A stretch of DNA of 64,000 nucleotides, taken from NCBI GenBank assembly GCA_030141605.1, contig JAQGDQ010000023.1:868001-932000 (forward strand), given 5' to 3'. Both the position numbers and the translations under genes were made by a program. Under the pieces are notes generated by a model. That model was not told where the DNA came from and did not search any database. It saw nothing but the letters and a program-made list of their open reading frames with translations. This DNA is from Tubiluchus corallicola. Lineage: Eukaryota; Animalia; Priapulida. Of this stretch, positions 36,860-50,600 are shown one piece after another. Position 1 is the stretch's first letter, and each line of letters opens with the position of its first letter.

Positions 36860-39200
36860 CCGCTGCAGTGGTTGAGGAACTAATGTATATAGGTCCGTTG
36901 GGATTAAGTGACTATTCAATTCTGTGCTTTCGCTTTATATGTCAAATCGCAATGGCCCATAACTCACAGGTGCATTGGAATTATAATACAGCTGACATTT
37001 CTGCCATTAGGGATGAAGTTAAATCTGCTTTTTGGAACTTATCAGATGGAGATATTGGTTAATAGGACAATTTTGTAATTCAGAAGAATACACTTAAGAC
37101 AAACTTTATCAGGAAATCTTCTGCTAATGGGAAATAAACATAAAGCACCTCTGAATGTACAATGTAGGCAGCTTTTGCAGAAGAAAAGATGTCTCTGGAA
37201 AAGGTATTGCGCAATTCTTTCTAATGAAAGTAGATTAGAATATAACAAAGCACGAAATCGGGAAGCAGAGAAGAGATTATGAAAAAAAATGCACATGATG
37301 CCAAAAATAATGCAAAGGCTCTGTGGAAATGCATTGTCTAAATATAAACTCCAGGAAGGGATTGGTGAACTCTTCAAAATGCCAAATGATAACAGCTCTG
37401 ATTTAACTACTAGCAATGAGGAAAAATCAGAAACAAAACATTGTCTGAATATTTTGGTAGTGTCTTTGTACAAGAGGATCTTGCCACACCTATCGCAAGT
37501 TTGCAACTAATGACGCCTGAAACACCTATGGGAAATCTAGTTATCACTGAGGAAATGGTATTTGAGAAAATGAAGGGACTCAATATGACCAAATCAGAGG
37601 GATTGGATGGTATGCATCCACGTCTATTACAAGAAATGGCTGATGAAATAAAAGGACCACTAGCAAAACTATTTAATTTGTCATTAACGCAAGGTCAAAT
37701 TCTGTAAGCATGGAAAAATGCAAGAGTATCAGCTATACATAAAAAAGGTAATAGAAAGATGGCAAGTAACTACCGATCGGTATCACTAACTAGCGTAGTC
37801 TGTAAAGTGATGGAAATGTTTGTCTGAGACCACATACTGGACTATTTGCCAAATAACAGACTTATATGTAACAACCAGTATGGTTTTTTGCCTGGGTGTT
37901 CTACTAGTTTACAGTTGTTTTCTTGGCTGTGGAGAAATGGGCTGAAGCACTAGATAATGGGGATGAAGTGGATACTATTTACATAGATTTTGAAAAGGCT
38001 TTTGACCGAGTTCCGCATTTCAGACTTCTTCGAAAACTCGAATCCTACTGTATCAATAAAGAAATTGTTACCCTTTATCAATAGAGAAATAGAGAAAACA
38101 GAAAGTAATGGTTCAAGAAAGTAGTTCAAGTTAGCAGCCAGTGCATAGTGGTTTACCACAGGGAAGTATCCTCGGCCCGGTGCTATTTTTCTGATATCCA
38201 TCAATGAGCTGCCAACAAATATTGCCTCTAGTACACTGATGTTTGCAGATGACACTAAACTGTACAGGGTAATACAATCAGAAGAAGACAGGGAAGCTGT
38301 CCAGGAGGATCTCAACAACCAGGAAGGTAAAATGGAGTCAAGACTCTCTATTGAATTTCAACACTGAGAAATGTGTGTTGTAAAGAGAGATGGGAGAAAG
38401 TGAGTAAAGAGAGATGTGAATGAGATGATGATGTGAGATGTGAGTGAGGTGTGTTATAAATGTTGTGCATGTGAGAAATGTAAAGCTATAAATATTACAA
38501 GTAGTAAAAAGACAATCCTGCTACTGAGCATAAGTTGATTTATGGGAGAGATTGCAAGCAGATTCCATGGGTGACATCCAAAAGGATGTGCGAGTAACAT
38601 TTGACAGACTGCTAACTTTGAAGGGGCATGTTTAAGAAAAAATCAGTACTGCCAAAGCAGTGATGGGAATAATACAGAGAAATTTTATCAATATGGATCA
38701 TGATACCTTTGTTTGGTTATACAAGGCGCTGATGGGGCCACATCTTGAATTTTCTAGCTCGGTTTGGCATCCTGTTATGATTGGCTTAATTGATAGCATT
38801 GAACAAGTTCAGAGATACGCTACAAAAACCTTGACCGACTTAAAAGGATTACCATATGAAGAGAGACTCAGGTAACCTAAACTACCTACACTGGCTTACA
38901 GATGGCTTAGAGGAGATATGATAGAAATGTATAAAATCCTGCGCCAAAAATATGTCACTGCTGTTAGCCCCAAGTAACATCTGAGTGCAGAGGTTGCTAG
39001 AAGTTCAACAAGAGGACATCATCTGAAGCTATATAAGAGTAGAGCAAGTAAATATGTATGTCTTCACAGCTTTTCAAGTAGGATCTTTAACACCTAGATT
39101 AGTCTGACAAATGAAGTGGTATCTGCACCCATTATAAATACATTAAATAATAATAAGGCTGGATAAGCATTGGGCTTCGAGAGATCTGGTCTACAATTAT
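36860..39200 (+). mobile_element. decayed CR1 LINE ORF2
   Basis: PLGLSDY, GLDGMHPRLL, NYRSVSLTSVVCK, YIDFEKAFDRVPH, FADDTKLY, LYKALMGPHLEF, LRGDMIEMYKI, TRGHHLKL. Confidence 0.93.
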
Positions 39201-39319
39201 AAGGCCTCAGTTGAGGATTTGATGTCTGACAAATGTGCAAGATTTGGCTAGAAGTTTTTACTTTTCCAAAAAATCCTGAGATATCCTAAGGTAAGGTTAT
39301 TTAGATGGGCCCAGGATGA

Positions 39320-39700
39320 TGCAATGGTACAAGTCAATGACTAGGCCAATTTTGGATTATAGCGATGTAATCGAGTGAGGCAAGGTATGATAAGAAAATT
39401 GAATCTGTTCACTGGCAGTTTCCGGACTACCATAGTCTACGAGAATCAAGACAATAAGACTAACTACTTTAAAATATAGGCGCATGTGGCAGGATTTGAT
39501 CCAAACCTTCCACATCTCAAAAGGTTTCGATCACTTTGATGCTAGCAAAATGTTTCCATCTTTGACATACCATGGTACTAGATGGCATGCTTACAAAATC
39601 AAGAAGAGAGCAGCCTCCAATAGATAGAACAGAAAATGATAGACTCTTTCAATGCATATGGTCCCAATTAAATCGATATTGGCAGCATAACCCAGAAAAG
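39320..39700 (+). mobile_element. CR1 3' fragment
   Basis: RPILDYSDVI and LKYRRMWQDLIQTFHI.KG motifs. Confidence 0.65.
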
Positions 39701-40984
39701 ATTAGTGATCCAGGACTGCTTCAATGGCAGCAAGATGCCTTGCAGCACATTCCGTTATTATGGAATGCCGCTGTTTCTTTTAATACACAAATATAGAAAC
39801 CAAAGAATATTAGAGAGGTTTATTTGTAAACTATTTATCAGCTTAACCTGTATCCTTCGACAGTAACTGTAACGGTTGTTATACATAGTTCTTTGGCAAT
39901 GTTGCCTGCATACTGCCACATCCAGTATAGAAAAGTCTAAAATATCTGATATTAAATGATAACTATTGCATGATAACCTAAATTGCACAATTTCATGTGC
40001 TAAAACACATTTAGTGTAATGCGTGGTAACCATTAATAGTCTATTAGTCACATGTTGTACAAGAATGAAGAAGAAAAAGAAGAAGTATTAAAACAAGAAG
40101 TATAGAAGAAGTGTTAAGGCTGTTGTCCCTAGTATAACTCCATGCTGAGTTTTGCAATCACTCTCCTAATTTGATCTGTTTCTCTTACATTCTCATGTGA
40201 ATCTAATCTTAATTTTCATCATCAGTTCTCCTTTCACTATCATTTCATTACTCTTACTACCACCCTGGTATTTCATTCTCCTTGTTTATTTTAGTTCACA
40301 CATTCTGCATTTTTTCTTTCCATTTTGCGTTTCTGCTTAGGCCCATACAAGTTCATCTCTCTGCCTGAGCCAAAATCTGAATATTTTGTGAAACTTTAAT
40401 TGTTTTGGTTTGTTTGTTGCAGTAGTAGCCTATGTTTATAATCTTTATTGCTCTACTTTGTTCACTGCAGTAATATGTGCGTGGTGTTTTGAACTTTCAA
40501 TGCAACATGGCCCCACATTTATCATGTATGGTATGGGTCTATAATATGTCCTGTAAGTATGTGACATTGGGCTCTGTGCTTGAGCACTCTTAAGAGCAGC
40601 TTTGGAAATCGCATTTTCGGCACACTTTGGTAAAGATGAGTTAAAATACCTTTTGCTTATAAATAAATTTAAAACCATACTTATTAAAGTAGACCCATAC
40701 ATGCGTATGGTGAGTTTGACCATTCAGCTTCTTATCAGTATTTAGTTTATGGAAAGTGGCTTCAAAATGCTCTTAACATTTGTCTCCATCAGTTTCCAAA
40801 TGCTGACAACTTTCTCAGAGTCCTGTTTTGCTGCTGATTTTTATACACTGTAGTCTTAGTTATTATTTAAAGTCGGAGTAGATTCAGATGGGTAATAAAT
40901 CCAGTTATTTTCCGCCTAGTTCTTTAGCTTATTCTCACCAGTAATTTGTTTTTGCATAAACTCCAACTGCATTGCTCATCAAGT

Positions 40985-41175
40985 AGTGACCAATGAATGA
41001 AAAATTCCACAATTAAAACCAAAGAAAAAGAAAGAATAAACACAACGTTCCTAACTACCACTGTAGTTCTTTTTTAGGTGAACAAAAAAGTGGTAGCTTT
41101 ACGTATTACAAGTGTTTTTTTCTTTTTTTCTTGTTTTTAATTGTGAGATTTTTATTTGTTGTTCCTTGTCATTAA
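40985..41175. repeat. imperfect foldback palindrome, about 190 bp
   Basis: cacaattaaaac.aaagaaaaa..ctaccact mirrored by agtggtag..ttttttcttgtttttaattgtg. Confidence 0.65.
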
Positions 41176-41469
41176 GAATTAACCTGTGTGATCAGGTAGT
41201 TAACTAAACCCTCACTAGTAAATTAGTTGCAAGGGATGCAAAGTTGGAGCTATTTTTGCTTCTCACATGTCTGGCATTGGTAGTGCTGTAGCCCCTCACC
41301 TGAGTGGCCACTGCTCTTGTTTGGGATAATTTGTATTAAAAATATTACAAATGCAAACTGTCAACTCTACTTAGGTATTCTGTTAGTTTGCTTTATTAAG
41401 TTTTCATTTTCCAGTGTGGACACATGTTGTTTGCCATGATTAACTTACTCCTCTTTACAGATATTGAAG

Positions 41470-41621
41470 ATGAGTAAGCAAGGACGTGCTGGAGGTGACC
41501 GGGATGACTCGGCAGTCTACCGTATTCCTCCACATCATTATCTTCATGTAATTGATCTAAACAGTAACATAACACGTGTCGAGTTGGGCCCGAAAACTTA
41601 CATTCGCCAAGACAATGAAAG
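41470..41621 (+). CDS. MVP: MVP coding exon 1
   Basis: [40 protein letters not shown]. Confidence 0.95.
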
Positions 41622-44600
41622 GTATAGCAACTTAGTAATTTGCTTATTGTCTGAACTTTCATTGTAAGCGATGCATGTAATGTATTCAATCCAGTCATGT
41701 AGAAAATTTATTTATGTATCATTTTTTTAGTAAGCAAGTGGGTTTATTAGATACAGGTTCTGGCTATTAATAAAAAGTATAGCCAGTTAATAGGATCAAT
41801 TGTAGACTCTACATTTCTGCTAATTTAACTGTTTATCCATAGAGTAATGTGAGCGTATACTAATTTTTCTATGTCATCCTTCTTGTTGAATTTTATTACA
41901 TGTGTCTGCTGATTTGGGACATGAGATATACTGAGATAAGGCCCGTTGTCTAGTGTTTAAGTTACTGTGCTTACTCAGCAGTGTCTCTTGAATAGAACTC
42001 TACTAACTGTTGTACTACAATACATGTTACAATGTATATGACTATTATTATGAATATGACTGTATATTATGTATATGACTCAGGAATGTTGTTATGAATG
42101 ACATTATTGACATGTCAATTGTGCATATTGCATATAATTTTTCTGCTAAGGAGGTTATGTTTTCATCATCATTTATTGATTTGTTTATTAACAGAATTTT
42201 GTAAAAATACTAAACTCATTTCTAAAAAAATTTCTGGAGGGATTGGGCATGGGCCATGGAAGGACATTTTTAGTTTTGGTAATGGTCAATACAGTGAGAT
42301 CATTAGATATTGTTATATAGTTATTGAGATGACGTCAGAACAACTAGCGACCTCTTTACCTAAGTATCTGTGTTATACTCTGCAAGCCTTGGCGGAGACA
42401 GTGGTCTACTAAGTGCCATTCTAGTTCGTATATGTAACTTGTCGTATGAGGAACGTGTGTCACTGAAATGTGCTTCCTTAATTTTGCAAAGCTACTGTAA
42501 CACAATATTTATAAATTTTAAAATTTTGTGTAGGTGCCTGCTTTCCTCACTGAACAACTTTTAGGTAGATCTCATGATTGGTATGCATTTTGCAAGATTT
42601 ATATAATATTTTAAAAATGTAAATACTCCATTCTTTAAATTACTTTTTAGAGTTTTACTGGGTCCGGAGCAGATGGTAGTCGTACCACCTCGTCATTACT
42701 GTGTCGTAGAAAATCCTGTTGTTATTGACAAGGATGGAAAACCAGTGCTTGACAAATTCGGGCAAGCTAGATTACAGCATGCTGATCTGGAAGTACGTTT
42801 AGCCCGTGATCCATTTCCTCTTTATCCCGGGGAACGTTTGAAGCAGGTAATATATTACATTAAAGCTATTGTAATATTTTTTAATTGCTTTTAAAATTTC
42901 TTGTTCAATTTGGTTTCTTCAAGTCTGTTTTTAGTATATTTTGTACGTGTTGTATTGAACTGTAAATTCTTATGTACAATCAATCTTGAGTATCTCATCG
43001 TATCATGCAGTGGTGTAGGTTTCTGTCCTTTGCATATATAAATAAGGTAACACCTTTTTACATGTGTATTCAGTAAAATGCTAGCCATTTCTCTCGCCTA
43101 GTGGAAGAACTCTTGGTAGCAAGACCAAAAATGCCAACGATCATAATTGCAAACATTTATCAGTTTCAGCTGTGTTTTACTTTATGAAAATCAAGCTAAA
43201 GCAGTAGATAGCAAAAGTGTGCATTTATTGTGCAAAAATGTGGACCTATGAAATTGAAAAATCATAGAAATAATATTCTTCTCATTTTCAAATCTTTTGT
43301 CACGTTTGTATGACCTATGTCATTTTTCATGTATCAAGACGAATTTGAATTGATTATTGTCTAAATTTGGATGAGTAGTTCTTGGTGTCATAAGAAAGAT
43401 CGTATGGTCTCATCTGAATTGCCTATAACATATATGATGATGTTATGAACGTTCACATTTGACTGGAAAAACTTTGCCTGTATAATAAGTTAATAATTTC
43501 TCTGTGTGTAATACATTCATTATCTCCTTCATTGTTAATCAGTTATTGTACTACAGGCTGTATATGGTAACTAGGTAATGCATAAATTAAACATTATGTT
43601 AACTTGAGTGGGCTTGTATATTAGAGTTGTGCATGCAGCTATGTTGCCAAGATACAGAATGTCAATATAGTCAGACTTGTGCTTTATGAGTGTATTGTAT
43701 TTCATCTGTACAAAGTACAACATTTATTGACCGTTAGGTAAAGTAGGAACTCTTTGGGTGGGGTGGTTGTTTCCTTACTGTTCAAACAAATAGCTTTGGT
43801 GTTGTGAACAAACTTATTGATAAAATGTTGATCATTTCATGTAAAACTTCCATTGACTTACTTTTTAACTCGCCATTGAAACCGACTTCTTGAAGAAGCT
43901 AGCTCCATTTAGAAATTTACCTTTTACCTGGAAAAAGACCTTTAAAAATGTAATGTTCCATTGTGATTATAAGTTAAAGCTTTTAACCCCTGATGTTTAG
44001 TAACTTTTTTCTGTATAACTGTCCATCTTTCGAGATCGTACCATGGTGTGATGGTGACCATTGATGGTGACCAACAGTATGGTGACCGTTGACCTCAGTT
44101 GATCGGGTTGAAGAATCTTGATGTGATTAGGTTTTTTTAACATATGTATGTCTGCCGTAAATTTGAAATTTTTTGCGGATAGAGAGCCCTGTTACAGTAG
44201 ACTTGTGTTAAGTAATTTTTTGAAAGTGTTCATGGCTAACTCATATGACAGGAATTTAATGCTTATAGTGGGATCATTATACAACTCCTACATCACCTGT
44301 TATCCAACAAGCACAAATGAAGTTGTGACTTCTACATGTAAGAATAGCTAAGGTAAAGTTTGATGTACAGACTAAGTGTTTTTCATAAACTGTGACAAGG
44401 CAGTAGTCAAAGTAGGGAAATGGATCAAAATATACATCCGTAAGACTTTTACAGATGTATACATATGTCTCTGCTGAGGTTTGTGGCATGCCAGATGGAA
44501 ATTTGTAAAGAGACAAGTGAGACACCTCAACCTTGTGTAAAAGTTTATTTGAGCACAGATAATAAAAGCGAAAAAAGACTTGTGCAAAATAGCATTTAAT

Positions 44601-47600
44601 GGCATTTTTGGTTATTGTGCTGCAAATGCATGAATCTCTTAACAGTATACACACAAGTGTAAGTAAAAACACTGTACACATTCTAGCATTCACATGTTCA
44701 TTTTATAGGTTCATCTGCATTACAATCATCATAACTTGTCATAAATTGCAACTTTGTAATATTAACATATTTTAATTAAGTTGTGTTTAAAGTGCAGATT
44801 TCCTGTGACCTTCATAGTCATATTTTTAATTATTTATTGCTGATAACAGGTAGTTACACCCCTGACCGTAGTTACAGCTAACAAAGCTTTAAGACTACGT
44901 GCGGTATTGGATTTTGAAAGTGCTGATGGGACAAAGAGAGTAGCTGGTGATGAATGGCTGTTTGAGGGACCTGGTAAGTTAAGTTCTCTGAAACATAAAA
45001 AATTGATTTCCTTTTTATTAAGCGTTTTTATTGATATTTATGCTGTTAACATCTCTAGTACACTAATAGGTAATATTAGTATAATAAGCATCATAATGTT
45101 AGTTCTGTTTTGCATGCCTGATGGTGTAGCTAAAAAATTTTGCCTGTCGAATATAAATGTTATTCATGAAACTATAAATTGTTTAATTAAATTATGGGTT
45201 CAATAACTGGTGCAATTTCGTGCAATAAAATTAATTTTTATGGATTAGTTGTTGGTATAGGTTTAGCATATTTGCAGGTACATATTATCCACGTAAAGAA
45301 GTTGTAGTGGAAGAAACTATTACTGCTGTTATTGTAAAAAATAATCAGGCCATAAGACTTCGAGCAAAGAAAGAAGCTAAGGACAGAGATGGAAACGATC
45401 GGGTTACTGGTAAATTGTTGTTGGTAGTTAAGTTTTCTAAGTTAGCTAACATTAACCTAAGTTTTCACTTTTTATTACATGTTTATTATTATTCTTAAAT
45501 GGCAGACTTGATAAATTGACAAGTGAATGATTTTTAAACTAACGATTTTCAATGCTAATAAGCTAACTTGACAACGTTATTAAATGTAGTTTTCATTTTC
45601 TGTAGGTGAGGAATGGCTGGTGAAGAAGACTGGAGCATACCTCCCTGGTGCACATGAAGAAGTAGTTGATATAGTCCAGGCATACATTCTCACAGAGAAG
45701 GTGATATGAAATCATTTAACTTAAAATGGGTTGCCTTTTTTCTGATTTCAGTAGCTTTGCTAAACGTTCGTTTGAATTAGTGCCTCATTTGTAATCGATG
45801 ACATGGTGAACATTACATATGTCAAAGTTCTGTTACGACAGTTTTTAATTTGCTACATAAAATCTTTTATAATCTTTTAAGATGGGTAACTATGTAGAAT
45901 GGTTCTGCTTTATATGGGAACATTGACAGGTTGTTTTTAATAACAATTAAGTTATTGTTAGTAAAAGAAGATACTGTAGCTGCTGTTAATACTGTGTATG
46001 TCAACAAGTCCACGTTCTCATGTGTTTTCGTTTCAAACTATAAAATAATTATGATGATTTATAATTCTGGATTTTCTTGTGCACCTCCAGGAATAGAAAG
46101 AAAAAGTTGAAAAATATTGGCACTTTAACATCACACTGAAATGCGTTCAGTTCGAAACATAGATAAATTGTGAAGAAATTCTTTGATATTGAGAGAGTGG
46201 TATATTATTACAGAGAGCTCTGCATGTTCGAGCAGTCAGAACATTTACTGATGATTTTGGAATACTTCGCAAGAACGGTGAGGAGTGGCTGATTACATTC
46301 AATGACACCGAAACACACATTCCTCACGTTTATGAAGCGGTACATGCACTTTCTATACAATTTAGAAATGATCAAGGCTGCCATTGTGGAAACTTCAACA
46401 TTATTAACGTACTTGAACAGTCAATAGCCGCATAACATATGAAATTCTGAAAATGAATAATTTGTAATAAATGGCAGAGTTTGTGCTTTATTACTTTTAT
46501 GCACCCCACATCATTTTTGCGATGGTGCAGCAAACATATCCTGTTTACTTCTTATTTATCAAATTATATTTTAAAGTATAAAATGATATGAAATTTGAAA
46601 AAACAGGAATAATTCCACATAAAGCTATTTTTACATTATGATTTACCTTACTTCAGTAGAATCTATCTCCCCCTTTCTGACTTCCTCCAGAGATGAGAAT
46701 TTTCCGCGGATATGCGGAATTCCGAGTTTTTGGAAGACCAGTAGTGTCATTTTTGTAAATCGCGTAAATTTGTTGAAAAAAATTTTCGGGGTTGGAACTC
46801 GTTTTCGTCGAAATTGTAATCAAAACTTTCAGTAGCATTTTTTCGAGGTATTTATTCAGCTTACCTTTTATCTCCTAGATGTTAAAATTGCTGAAAAATT
46901 TTGGCTAAAATAGGTCAAATAAAGCGTAGATATCGTTTATTTGTTAATCTGTACGCTTTGTAGCATGCCTTTTACAGCAATGCGGCATATCTTCATTGCT
47001 GACAAATGTGAAACTTTGAGGCCTCCAGACACAAACAACCGCCAAAGCGTAATTTGAATAAAACCAAGTTTAATTTTATAATTTATGAAATATAGGCATC
47101 AAAATATATACAAAATAAAATTTGTTAATTTTTTTAAACTCCACAATCATATGTATCATGTATCCTTGATAGTTGGGTATTTTAAATTATGCATGAAACA
47201 AGGTAATTGATATTTTAAGTTCACTTAGAGGTTCTCTACGGTCACAAAATTGCAATTTGTTGCTGGCTCCAAAGGGGGCTTCGCCCCCTTGAATGCCCCC
47301 CTCAACCCCATTGGGGCCTAGGCGGCCCCCAAACCCCGGCCTGTTTCAGAGTTTTTTGCATTTTGTCATGCTCATCCCTGTTCCTCTCTTTCCCCTGCTC
47401 TCTGTCCTTTACTGTAGCATTATCCAGTCATCTGTAGATTAAATATAAAACAACTTAAGAGCACCCAGGTATGTACGGTTTATGGCGTAAAAAATTGCAG
47501 TTAGTGCTTTTGGTTGCACTGTTTCAAAGTGAAAACGCAAAATTCCCTCAAGATCTCCAGCTTATTAAAGTAAAAAAAAACTAACGAACTGTGGCAACTC

Positions 47601-50600
47601 TTTCAAGAATTACTTTTGAAAACTCTCATCTTAGACGAAAAATGGCATCATCCGATTTTCGCTCATTATAGGCATTTGCTCTGCCCGGTGTTTCAATAAT
47701 ATTTTTTTGATTTATAGAGCCAATTCTATAATCTAAGTAACCCACCCGGTACCTGTTATATGCTTGCAAGTTTACATGCGTGTCTAAAAGTCAACAAAAT
47801 TCTGTACAATTAATGTACACTACTTACACATTTTACGGTATAATCCCGTGGATTAAAGCTATGTAACCAACGTAAACTTGATCATAATTGATCCAGTGAC
47901 TAATTTTTACATAAACACAGTTAAATACAATGGTAGAATAACGAACTTTTGAGTGAACTGTAGAAATTTCTCAATGCGTACCTTCATCACAGTTTACCTT
48001 CACAGCATTCACGCTGCCCAGCAGTCACCAGCTTACTTCATTTTTTTCAAATATGCTGGCAGCGACTATCGTTTGGCGGAGATAAAAAATATTTAAATTT
48101 CTGTTACATTTATAAGCAGAGCATTCTATGTGCTTATATTGTGTGGTGATTTCAATATTTTTAATTATATATTAAAATGCAATAAGTGTTGTTCGAGGGT
48201 TGGTTCTTCCTTTAAGGTTAGCCAATAAACAAACTTATGTGAACAGCAAAGGCAGATTAAATGTAAGTTAAAGACGTTCAGCTGGTGCATATCACAGATG
48301 CCACATTGTAATTGTGGAGTGGAATTCCAAACGGAAATAAATTTTTGGTCTCGTGGCCATGCTTCATCTGTATGATACAAGACGATATAAAAACTTGGCT
48401 GAAACAACGCAAATAAGCTAGCTGTAGTTTTAGCAGGGGTGCCCATTACATCTACTAGTCAATCACAAAGATAGTGTGGGTAGATCGCATGCACTTATTT
48501 TTCAAGAAAATAGCTACATTGTATACTCCACTGGTTGTTTTCGCTGGTTTCCGTGTCAGGTTCACTGCTAGGCTGGGAGAATCAGACTCGCTAAGGAAAT
48601 TTTAATTAAAGTCCCTGTCAGACATGGTGAAATTTTGCAATGCTCACTTGGAACACAAAAAAGCGATGTAAAGCCACCACTGAAATGCCCAAATGTGCAA
48701 GAAATGTGAGAAGCAATCTGATTGGCTCGTATGAAGGCCAGCCAGCCAGTCTCGAGGCTTGTATTGTCAGACCAGCGGATTGGCTGGCCCAGTCTTCTTT
48801 TTGGTGCGCCAAGCAGCTGCTGTAAAATTCAACCAAGCTAACCTGTAATTTATTTCTACTAAACTTAAGAAAGGGTATAAAAATTAGTCTGAGAGCTGGA
48901 CCAAGAAAGTAGCCAAAAAATGTAGAGAGTTGTATTGTGCAATAAGGGTTCGTGCAGTTATGCAAGGTACAACCACTTATATCATACAAACATATTCATA
49001 AATAAATATATGTTTTGCATTTTTGTAGTAGGTAGATCATTTTGACTTGGTCATTTTATAAGTACCTCACAAGCTGAAAAAGTGTGGTCACCCCTGCATT
49101 ATAGACACACATTTACAGTTGACGTGGAATCCAAATTTGTGAAAGTTTAATGTGCATTGTCTATCTCACAATGAGTAAATGTCAAAGTTTTGAATTACAT
49201 AAATAAGGAGACTACATGACGAACTGTGTTCTGAATCTTGGCTATCAAACTGTTAAATGATGATGATTTTGCAGAAAATTTGTGCATTGTTAGGTGGCAC
49301 CACCTAGTGGTAGAACTTATAAGGAGTAGAATGCTAGGTGATGAGGCAAGTTAGTTAGCATGAGCAGGTGTGTGTGAATGGTTAAACTGTTAGAATGTAG
49401 ACATTGAATCAGACAGAAGCCACTAAAAGAGCCAAAAATGTATGTATGAATCTATCTATATAGATCTATTTTGGAATTTTGCTTGGGTTTAAAATATATG
49501 TACAATATGATATAATTACTTTGGAAACCTGCAATGTTAAATTTCATTAGTTTTAATTACATTATTACAGATTGAATGTACCTTGCCAATTTATAATATC
49601 ACACAGGAAGAAAACGTTAAATATCTGGAAGAAATTTGGCAATAAAAGTGACATTTTCTATGGATATTCAGCATTGAGGAGAGTCTTCTTTGGCAAAGTG
49701 GTACAATCCTATACAAACTGAATGGCTCTATAGAGTTATTCATGGGCGAGTAACACAATGACCTGCTTATTCTCTTTACCTCATTTATATTTAATGTGTA
49801 TTAATGAGTCATTCACCTGTTTTAGGTTGTAGGTGAAGTTAATATAACAACATTAAGTAACAGGCAATACTGCGTTATCGTCGATCCTATTGGAAATGAT
49901 GGCAAACCTCAGCTAGGCAAAAAACGACTAGTGAAGGTATAAATACGTGTTAGTTGAGTTAAGATTTTGCTCAACACAATCATCACATATTATTTAAAAA
50001 TTGTAGTTTACCATTACTTTACATTTCCATGTCTGACATTGCATTGAATTCACACCACATCGACCTCTTCGCCCTAATTTTATCTGCACATTTGTTGTTT
50101 GTTTGTTTGGTTGTTCATTTTTTAGTTTACTCATTCATTTGTTTATTATGAAATTATCTGTTTGTGTGTTTGTCTTATCATGTTTGTCTATTTATTTATT
50201 TGTTTATTTTATTCAATCTTTCACTTGTTTATTTAAAATATTCACTCATATTGTTAACATTCATTTTGGCTGACATGGTGCATGTGGCAATTACCAGTAA
50301 TGTAATGATAAAGACATAAACAGACACAACATGCATACCAGTTAAAACCAAAACTAAACTGTATAAACGTAGTTTATACCTTAAGAGGTAAAATAGAATT
50401 GACATTTCACTAAATTTATTACTTATTTACTTTTAGAAAATAAATGCCAGCATCCACTTAAGTATACACACGGGTCTAGTTATTCAAACACAGTGATCTG
50501 TTGTACCAACTGCACGCTTTCACCTTTGGTCTGTCACGAGCACGATTCTTACCTAATGAAAATTTAATGGATACAGACCATTACAAAAGTCTAAAATCAC

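Noticed and set aside
46374-47380. hAT element with GC-rich subterminal hairpins
   Set aside because: Right end looks hAT-like, but a matching left TIR and TSD could not be established.
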